Below are positions 37,074-43,409 of a stretch of 64,000 nucleotides of DNA, one piece after another (within the stretch, counting starts at the first letter, position 1; each line of letters begins with the position of its first letter). Source of the stretch: a virus. The stretch is taken from the IMG/VR virus record IMGVR_UViG_3300014039_000006, one strand, 5' to 3'. The translations under genes were made by a program, and so were the position numbers. The notes below the pieces were generated by a model. That model was not told the DNA's origin. It searched no databases and saw only the letters and a list, made by a program, of their open reading frames with translations.

Positions 37074-37211
37074 ATGAAAAATTCTTACACAATGGTTACC
37101 ATTCCACAAGAAAGATACGATCGCATGGTGGAATCCTACGACAAGGCACTGAAAGAACTGGAAGAACTTCGGAAGGAGTTGGAACAGTTCAAGAAGGGCG
37201 GTGCTTGCTGA
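37074..37211 (+). CDS. Hypothetical small coiled-coil protein
   Basis: 45-aa ORF not in the track, with a GGAGGTGA SD. Confidence 0.45.
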   Translation: MKNSYTMVTIPQERYDRMVESYDKALKELEELRKELEQFKKGGAC

Positions 37212-37900
37212 TGAATGAACTTGTAAACATTGAGGGAACGGATTTAAGAATTCGCGAGTGGAACGGTCAAAGAGTGGTTACGTTTAATGATATTGATGAA
37301 GTTCACGGAAAAAGGCCAGGAACTTCGAGAAGAAACTTCAACAGATATAAGCAATATTTTGTTCAAGGTGAAGATTTCTTTTCTCTGACAAGAGAATGTT
37401 CTAATGAGACAAATTGTCCCAATAGAAACATTAAAATACCAAACAAAGGTATTGTGGTGTTGACAGAAAGCGGTTATTTGATGATAACAAAGACTTTCAA
37501 TGATGAACTTTCTTGGAAAGTACAACGATCTTTGGTCGAAGTTTATTTTCATTGCAAGGGATTACAGGAAGAAGTTGATCCAGAAACCGATGATGCGGAC
37601 ATTGACTTGATCGAGGAAAAACCGCAAGTGCCACTTATCAAAGGGTGGCACAACCGGAACAAGGGCAGACTTGCAAGGATTCAGAGCCGTACCGGACTCA
37701 CATTGACAAGGATTTACCATTGCATCCTTAAGAATGTCGGCGAAAAATACGACCTCAAGGAAGCAAACAATATGTACAAGAAATGCACCGGAAAAGAACC
37801 GGAATACGCAATGGACATTGTAGAATACTTTCCGGAACTTGCGGAAGCTGCCGACAGGTATCTGGACGGCGTAGAACGAGCATTGAACGCAAGGAGGTAG
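37211..37900 (+). CDS. ORF6N-domain antirepressor-like protein
   Basis: IREWNGQRVVTFNDIDEVHGKRPGTSRRNFNRYKQYFVQGEDFFSL. Confidence 0.65.
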   Translation: MNELVNIEGTDLRIREWNGQRVVTFNDIDEVHGKRPGTSRRNFNRYKQYFVQGEDFFSLTRECSNETNCPNRNIKIPNKGIVVLTESGYLMITKTFNDELSWKVQRSLVEVYFHCKGLQEEVDPETDDADIDLIEEKPQVPLIKGWHNRNKGRLARIQSRTGLTLTRIYHCILKNVGEKYDLKEANNMYKKCTGKEPEYAMDIVEYFPELAEAADRYLDGVERALNARR

Positions 37901-37907
37901 AGAAACG

Positions 37908-38189
37908 ATGACGGAACCTAAAATATTGAACCATTGCCCGTTATGCGGTGCAAACATGAAATACATGGCAATCAGACAATATGGGGAAGTGCATGAAATC
38001 ACTTCAAGAGGTCACATCAAAGCTAATTCAAGAAGAGAAAGCATAGATTCAGTTAACACAAACTATCTGATCTGTTGTAGTGACGAATGTAATTTTATAG
38101 CGGAAAATCTTCTGTCTGAAGATCACCCAGAAATCAAGATTTTTAAAGAAAGAGGTACATTTTATTATACCGTGGAGGACAAGGAATGA
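37908..38189 (+). CDS. Hypothetical zinc-ribbon protein
   Basis: CPLCGAN...CCSDECNF. Confidence 0.45.
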   Translation: MTEPKILNHCPLCGANMKYMAIRQYGEVHEITSRGHIKANSRRESIDSVNTNYLICCSDECNFIAENLLSEDHPEIKIFKERGTFYYTVEDKE

Positions 38190-38506
38190 GAAAGAAATAT
38201 CAGGATTTTCTGCTTGAAGCACTGGACTTACTGGACTGCATACCTCCGGCAGAGGAAGATCGACCGCCGGAAATGGTAGCCAGAGATTACAGTAACGCCG
38301 TGTTTCTTATGCAGAGAATGAGACAGTATGTAGATGCCATGAACAGGATCGAACCGAAGATTTTGCATGAAAGAAAGTACCGTGACGGAAGATACAACCT
38401 TGAAGAAATCACCGGAATGTTTAACAAGTACGGGGAAGAAGCAGAAAAGGAAATGATCCGGTACAAGGCTTTCATCAATCAGAGAAAAGCGGAGAACTGG
38501 AGATAA
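38186..38506 (+). CDS. Hypothetical protein
   Basis: ATGA-coupled ORF. Confidence 0.45.
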   Translation: MRKKYQDFLLEALDLLDCIPPAEEDRPPEMVARDYSNAVFLMQRMRQYVDAMNRIEPKILHERKYRDGRYNLEEITGMFNKYGEEAEKEMIRYKAFINQRKAENWR

Positions 38507-38567
38507 CAGTAAAGACCACTAGCCATTATTGGTTGGTGGTTTTTATTTTGACAAAAGGAGGTAGCAG

Positions 38568-38891
38568 ATGTATTTTACAGTGAACAATAATACGTGGGTG
38601 CTGAAATTCGTAAACCCACAGAGCAAAGACTTACAGAGAAGCGACGGAACTTACACGTTTGGAGTCACGGACAACTCCGTGAAAACCGTCTTTATCATGT
38701 GCGGAATGTCACCGGAAATGACGGAAAGAGTGCTATGCCACGAGATCACACACGTTTTCTGCTTTGAGAACGGTATTTCTATTCCGATTGAACTGGAAGA
38801 ACGACTATGTAACTTCATGGCTGATTATGGGAAAGAAATCATTTATCTGTTGGACGATTTGTTGAAAAACATTGAGAGGATCGCAATATAA
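38568..38891 (+). CDS. Small HExxH metallopeptidase-like protein
   Basis: VLCHEITHVFCFENGIS. Paralogue-like to 55672..56037. GGAGG SD. Confidence 0.55.
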   Translation: MYFTVNNNTWVLKFVNPQSKDLQRSDGTYTFGVTDNSVKTVFIMCGMSPEMTERVLCHEITHVFCFENGISIPIELEERLCNFMADYGKEIIYLLDDLLKNIERIAI

Positions 38892-39325
38892 GTAAAAATC
38901 GTAGTAATCGCGTACTAATGATTTTTGAGATTTTCCGTGAAAACCGATTTTCAAAAATCTCGGGAAAAACGCCAAAAAAAGATGTCACCCCAAAAAAGTC
39001 CGGGAGAAAAAAATTTCTTTCTTCCTCCCGGCTCCCTTCGCCCAACTCTAACGGCAATGCGATTATTTATATTGTACCCATACCGACTACACACCGGCGA
39101 AACTCCGGCATCATACCGGCATTAATACGGCGGCGGTTGTGTGCGCTACTGCCTACGCTGAAATCCGCACACGGCGTTAGAGGGGCACAATCAGACCATA
39201 CAAGCATAAATATATTATGGTATGGTACAATGCCATAATAAAGCCTATTAGCGGCGTTGTCAAGGTGCATTCTGATCCGTATTGTGTCAACCTGTCTACT
39301 TTAAAAGTGACAAAATAACACTTTT

Positions 39326-39366
39326 AACCACAATATATAGCAATCCCGGATCGCAAGATATTGTAT
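39326..39366. repeat. 41-bp imperfect-palindrome repeat, copy 2
   Basis: AACCACAATATATAGCAATCCCGGATCGCAAGATATTGTAT. Confidence 0.8.
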
Positions 39367-39379
39367 AATTTTGAATAAA

Positions 39380-39423
39380 ACCACCGCCCGGAATCGAACC
39401 GGGCAAGCACTCAATACGGTGGC
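39380..39423 (-). ncRNA. tRNA-like acceptor/T-arm minihelix B
   Basis: Minus strand: GCCACCG-N13-CCCGG-TTCGATT-CCGGG-CGGTGGT, followed by TTTTATT. The 5' G belongs to the TAG stop of the upstream ORF. Confidence 0.55.
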
Positions 39424-39536
39424 TAACGCTCAAGTTCAAAGATCGCCCAGCGCAAAGCTGCGACCGCTTCCGTGTCGTTTTCTTTCTCTGCACGCTCCAA
39501 CAGGGTGTATAAGGTGTCTATCTTTTTGTTTTCCAT
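39423..39536 (-). CDS. Hypothetical 37-aa protein (mini-operon ORF4)
   Basis: Not in the track. AAAGGAG SD. MENKKIDTLYTLLERAEKENDTEAVAALRWAIFELER. Confidence 0.4.
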   Translation of the reverse strand: MENKKIDTLYTLLERAEKENDTEAVAALRWAIFELER

Positions 39537-39568
39537 AGTTGCATACTCCTTTCTTTTATTTTTGTATA

Positions 39569-39622
39569 TGGCAAAGCCGGGGAATCGAACCCCGGAAAAT
39601 ACCGTCTATTCTTGTCTATGCC
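39569..39622 (-). ncRNA. tRNA-like acceptor/T-arm minihelix A
   Basis: Minus strand: GGCATAG-N20-CCGGGG-TTCGATT-CCCCGG-CTTTGCC-A. The 5' strand contains the TAG stop of ORF3. Confidence 0.5.
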
Positions 39623-39888
39623 AAAATCATTCTAGCCGTACTATATACATACTGTCTATTAAAACGGTGATGCTTGAAATCTCCAACGCTTTCAATTCTT
39701 TCTGCCGTGTTGGGATATTTCAAAGAAAAAACCGTGAAATACTTATCGAGCAGATCATCCGGACACTCTAAACAGTTTATCGCGCTCTGAATCTCGCTTT
39801 TGTTACTGTTCTGGTAGATCCCGTCAATCTTCACGCCTTTTTCTTCCTGTAATTGCTCCAATTTCTTAAGCATTTCGTATTTTGTCAT
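39616..39888 (-). CDS. Hypothetical 90-aa protein (mini-operon ORF3)
   Basis: GAAAGGAAG SD, ATG at 39888 (MTKYEMLKKLEQL...). The upstream part of track ORF 39616..39960 overlaps the RNA motif. Confidence 0.55.
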   Translation of the reverse strand: MTKYEMLKKLEQLQEEKGVKIDGIYQNSNKSEIQSAINCLECPDDLLDKYFTVFSLKYPNTAERIESVGDFKHHRFNRQYVYSTARMILA

Positions 39889-39904
39889 AATATTTTCTTC
39901 CTTT

Positions 39905-39973
39905 CTGCCCTGTCTCATCGGTACAGGTGGGGCGGTTCCTGTAGACGGTGGATTTTCCACCGTTTCGACTATC
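39905..39973 (-). ncRNA. Hammerhead type II-like element 2
   Basis: Minus strand: ATAGTC-GAAA-CGGTGG/CCACCG-TC|TACAGG/CCTGTA-CCGATGA-GAC. Confidence 0.55.
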
Positions 39974-40112
39974 TACAACTATTTAATTCAATGCATTTGT
40001 GGTTGCAATCTTCAATGCTTCCGGCAAATACGATTATATCGTTTCCGTCCTCACTCTTTTCTACTACGCAAAAGCCAAAATAATTATGATATGTTATATA
40101 ATATTCGTTCAT
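39969..40112 (-). CDS. Hypothetical 47-aa protein (mini-operon ORF2)
   Basis: Not in the track. MNEYYITYHNYFGFCVVEKSEDGNDIIVFAGSIEDCNHKCIELNSCR. Confidence 0.4.
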   Translation of the reverse strand: MNEYYITYHNYFGFCVVEKSEDGNDIIVFAGSIEDCNHKCIELNSCR

Positions 40113-40124
40113 TCCTTTCCCCTT

Positions 40125-40192
40125 CTAGCCTGTCATCATCGGAGCCGGGCGGCTGTCCCACGGCTGACGCTCCGGAGAGCGTTTCGACTATT
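40125..40192 (-). ncRNA. Hammerhead type II-like element 1
   Basis: Minus strand: ATAGTC-GAAA-CGCTC-TCCG-GAGCG-TC|AGCCG/CGGCT-CCGATGA-T-GAC. Confidence 0.55.
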
Positions 40193-40373
40193 TGTTTTCA
40201 ATTTCTTCTTTATATCTTTCTGCTTCTTCCAGTGTTGCGAAGTGTTTGCCAAATCCGCAATATGCAAATGTCTTTCCACCGTCAACGCTTCTAAAGATCA
40301 TAGCGTTGTAGTTGTAAATGTTTGCGACTGGAAAATGTAATTTCTGGATTTCTACCTTTTCGATTGTTTTCAT
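40188..40373 (-). CDS. Hypothetical 61-aa protein (mini-operon ORF1)
   Basis: AAAGGAGAG SD. Confidence 0.55.
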   Translation of the reverse strand: MKTIEKVEIQKLHFPVANIYNYNAMIFRSVDGGKTFAYCGFGKHFATLEEAERYKEEIENK

Positions 40374-40414
40374 ATTTGACTCTCCTTTTTGTTTGGTTTG
40401 TTTTCTTGTTGATA

Positions 40415-40580
40415 TTAATATAACACGATAACGTCATATTTGCAATATAAAATATGTAACAAAATTAATAAAAAATCGCATCCATTAATTGTTTAATATG
40501 TATAACGATAACGTTGTAATAATAACACGATATAATATTTGTTGACATGGATAAAACAATATGCTATCGTTATATGCAGA
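40415..40580. promoter_or_regulatory. Divergent promoter region with four TAAC(AC)GATA(A/G)C operator-like sites
   Basis: Sites at 40420-40434, 40501-40514, 40521-40536 and, inverted, 40561-40577. TTGACA at 40542. Minus-strand TTGCAA, 17 nt, TATATT spans site 1. Confidence 0.55.
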
Positions 40581-40619
40581 TAATATAAAACATAGCCAAT
40601 AGAAAGCGAGGTAGTAAGA

Positions 40620-40823
40620 ATGCCGGCAACAAAAGCACATATTAAAGCAACAACCAAATACGAGAAAAAAGCGTATTTTAAAACTTTGGTAAGATTTAAA
40701 AAATCAGATGAAGAAAAGATCAGAGAAGCAGCAGCCGGAAATCTAAATGGATTTATAGTTGATTGTGTACTGAAAGCAATTAATGACGTAAGCGAAAATA
40801 ATTTAATAGGTGCAAAAGAATAG
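40620..40823 (+). CDS. Small RHH/Arc-like regulator (paralogue of 41010..41426)
   Basis: KATTKYEKKAYFKTLVRFKKSDEEKIREAAAGNLNGFIVDCVLKAI aligns with KKAQNNYNSKFDLVQIKLPKGTKEKIREIIKENDTISGFCLKAVLNAI. Confidence 0.5.
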   Translation: MPATKAHIKATTKYEKKAYFKTLVRFKKSDEEKIREAAAGNLNGFIVDCVLKAINDVSENNLIGAKE

Positions 40824-40845
40824 GGACGGGAAACCGTCCTTTTTC
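40824..40845 (+). terminator. Intrinsic terminator
   Basis: GGACGG-GAAA-CCGTCC followed by TTTTT. Confidence 0.7.
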
Positions 40846-40889
40846 TATGGGATCCCCGGATATGGAATAGTTATATAACATGATATATA

Positions 40890-40990
40890 ATAATTTCTAT
40901 ATGGTAATTATTATATAGTGATTCTGTATGATATTTACTATATAATAATTCTGTGTTAAAATTACTATATAGTAATTCGTATATAATAAT
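40890..40990 (+). repeat. Array of about four direct repeats (consensus ACTATATAGTAATTCTGT)
   Basis: Copies near 40894, 40909, 40937 and 40963, just upstream of ORF 41010. Confidence 0.6.
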
Positions 40991-41009
40991 CATAACAGGA
41001 GGTTTTACA

Positions 41010-41426
41010 ATGGCATTACCGAAATATGTTAAAAAGGCGCAGAATAACTATAATTCTAAGTTTGATCTTGTGCAAATTAAACTACCAAAAGGAACAAAGG
41101 AAAAGATCCGGGAAATAATCAAAGAAAATGATACTATAAGCGGATTCTGTTTAAAAGCTGTCCTAAATGCAATCGAAAACGGAAGCAGTGCGCAGGATCC
41201 CGGAGCAGTACCCGGTGAATCGGATCCGGATTTTGAGGAATACGACGAGAAGAGACAACAGCAAGAACTACAAGCCATGCTGGACGCTGCCAGAGCGAGA
41301 CACGCAGCCAATAATTACGAGGACAGGGAGCAGAAGCGCAGAGATACCATCGCGGCAGCTTCGGACATCAACGAAGGAGTGGCTGACTACAAGAAACCCG
41401 ACCCGGAGACCTACTTAAACGATTGA
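41010..41426 (+). CDS. RHH/Arc-like regulator paralogue with acidic C-terminal extension
   Basis: GGAGG SD before the ATG at 41010. N-terminal 50 aa are homologous to ORF 40620. Confidence 0.5.
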   Translation: MALPKYVKKAQNNYNSKFDLVQIKLPKGTKEKIREIIKENDTISGFCLKAVLNAIENGSSAQDPGAVPGESDPDFEEYDEKRQQQELQAMLDAARARHAANNYEDREQKRRDTIAAASDINEGVADYKKPDPETYLND

Positions 41427-41737
41427 AATTTGATTTTTACCCATTAGGTGGATAAATTATCAAGAAAAGATTTAAAAACCTTGTATAAGACGATTTGAAC
41501 CCTTAAAAAGGTTTTTAGTGTAACGGGTCAGCCAAAAGAGAAAACCGGACAATTTTTTCCCAACCCGGCACTTTTATTCCTGACCTCTGCCCCTATTATA
41601 TTTATAACAGTAGTGTATATTAAAGGTCTCTGTATGTAAATTCTTGGCTACTCACTACAGTTTAGAAAAAATATAGATTATGAGGGGGAATAATGGCCGG
41701 AGTTGCGGATGCAACCCGGAGCGCAGCGGAACATGGA

Positions 41738-41853
41738 GGATATAAATAAACATCTTTTCAGTTTATTTATATCCGACCGAGTGATAAATAAACATCTTTT
41801 CAGTTTATTTATCACGAGTACAGATATTGAACATCTTTTCAGTTCAATATCTG
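41738..41853 (+). repeat. Three tandem perfect hairpins with an invariant 9-nt loop
   Basis: Hairpins at 41738-41774, 41781-41815 and 41821-41853, all with the loop ATCTTTTCA closed by AAC/GTT. Stems are 12-14 bp; the third stem differs in sequence but stays complementary. Confidence 0.8.
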
Positions 41854-41878
41854 AACACTACTGATATACCTAAACAAT

Positions 41879-41996
41879 CTCAACGTAAATAAAGCCAATA
41901 AACTATCGTTTAGTCAATACATTGTTTTTATAACACTCTCAACGTAGATACTACCAATAACTTACCGTGTAGCCAATAACTTATATTTATAACACT
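41879..41996 (+). repeat. Two adjacent 59-bp direct repeats
   Basis: 41879-41937 and 41938-41996 match at 46 of 59 positions. Both start CTCAACGTA and end TTTATAACACT. Confidence 0.8.
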
Positions 41997-42328
41997 ATTA
42001 TTTACACTGTATATATTATATATAAGGGGAAGTGATTTTGAAACCGACAAATTGTTGACGAAAATTAGTTGTTGCATCATTCCGGTATTTAGTGTATCGT
42101 TAAATCATAAGTTGAACAGTGAAAACTTAATATCGTACAACACACATTAGTTTTACCAGTTATGCAAGTTTTATTTTTGTTTGATTCATCAAAAAGAGTT
42201 TTACAGTTTACAGTTACATTTACGATTTGATTACCAAGGAAGTGTTTAGAGATTGACGCTATAATTGCGTTTATTTCTTGATACTTCCTTTTTTGTTTGC
42301 CCAAAATACCGAGAAAGGAGCCGGAACG

Positions 42329-43108
42329 ATGAACGAAGAAAAGAAAGTTGAAGTTGTCAGTTTTGCGGATCAGGTAGAAGCCGAATTTATCCGGCTTTAT
42401 GAACAGTACCGGATAGCAGACGCCCCAGAGCGAAGAGTCCCGGATATGATCGACGCTATCTGGCCGAAGATCTACAAGAAGATTTTTGAACTGGATGAGT
42501 CCGAATCCTGGATTAATTGCAGTCATACAAGATTAAGGACTTGGAGATATTTAGACGTTGAATCTGTATGTGACGCCTATATAAATCTTTGCCGTGTATA
42601 CGGTGGAAAGATTAAACTTAATTCTTTCTGTGAATTAACTGGTATACATAGATATACTCTAGATCTATGGCATGAAAAAAATATAAATAATACTGTTATA
42701 TTTGAATTATCCGAAAAAGATATAGAGAAAGAATATAAGGAGACCGTATATATATTTAATAATATAAATGGCGAGGATATTGTTAGAAGACCTGAATGGA
42801 ATGAGATGAGGTTAAGTACTAAAAGAATCGACGTGCGACAAAAAATTGTCACTGCTGCCCGAGAGCAGAGCCGAAATGCAAGGTCAATTGACACTGTTGG
42901 TAATATCCAGATGAGCAACAATGATGAGGAACTCGGTTTCTTGTATGATACTAAACGAGATTTCAGAAAAGAGAGCATCAGACAGGCGTTAACAGTGGAT
43001 GATCTGCCAAAACTGGGAAATCTTAACAGGGGCACAGAAACACAAGATATAGTATGTAACGCAATACCGAATACTACATATGCGAAAATGACAGAAAATA
43101 GCGAATAA
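42329..43108 (+). CDS. Putative terminase small subunit
   Basis: AAAGGAG SD. HTH-like CDAYINLCRVYGGKIKLNSFCELTGIHRYTLDLW as in many TerS proteins. Lies at the head of the packaging region but 4.7 kb from TerL. Confidence 0.45.
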   Translation: MNEEKKVEVVSFADQVEAEFIRLYEQYRIADAPERRVPDMIDAIWPKIYKKIFELDESESWINCSHTRLRTWRYLDVESVCDAYINLCRVYGGKIKLNSFCELTGIHRYTLDLWHEKNINNTVIFELSEKDIEKEYKETVYIFNNINGEDIVRRPEWNEMRLSTKRIDVRQKIVTAAREQSRNARSIDTVGNIQMSNNDEELGFLYDTKRDFRKESIRQALTVDDLPKLGNLNRGTETQDIVCNAIPNTTYAKMTENSE

Positions 43109-43380
43109 AAATAGAGTATAGTCTATTTTTACGCATGAAAAATTGTGCAATATGACCAACGAATCCGGAATGACTCCTTGACTACCAGAAGCACCCGGGA
43201 GGGGTTACACGGGAGCCGCCGAAACCGCCCGCTTAGCCCCACAACCACCCGCAAAATCAAAAGCCGTTTATCCAAAACAGATAAACAATGCAAGGACAAT
43301 CCAATCCTTAAAAAATTTTTTAAAAACAAAAAGGAGAAAGATAAAATGAGAAGATAAAACGCACAATGGGAAATTTAAAA

Positions 43381-43409
43381 AATAAAAGACCTCTCCGAAG
43401 AGAAGTCCT
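43381..43409 (-). terminator. Intrinsic terminator (minus strand)
   Basis: Minus strand: GACTTCTC-TTCG-GAGAGGTC followed by TTTTATTTTTT. Confidence 0.65.

Noticed and set aside
38918-39270. ORFs 38918..39238, 38925..39125, 39067..39270 and 38839..39057
   Set aside because: They have no SD and mutually overlap in a GC-rich repeat-bearing non-coding block.
39569-39622. Full-length tRNA genes on the minus strand at 39380-39470 and 39569-39650
   Set aside because: The sequence about 70 nt upstream of each 3' acceptor strand does not supply a complementary 5' acceptor strand, D arm or anticodon arm. Only acceptor/T-arm minihelices can be drawn.
39472-40340. Plus-strand ORFs 39472..39771, 39853..40083, 39999..40340 and 40091..40294
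   Set aside because: They are antisense to the minus-strand mini-operon and its RNA motifs, have no SD, and give hydrophobic or low-complexity translations.
39380-40373. TAG stop-codon reassignment (all four mini-operon ORFs end in TAG and a phage tRNA-Gln is present)
   Set aside because: The tRNA anticodon reads UUG, not CUA. Other genes in the window use TAA, TGA and TAG as ordinary stops, and long ORFs are intact in the standard code. The TAGs are better explained as part of the conserved RNA motifs.
41738-41996. CRISPR array
   Set aside because: There are only three hairpins separated by 5-6 nt and two adjacent 59-bp repeats. There is no repeat-spacer periodicity and no cas genes.
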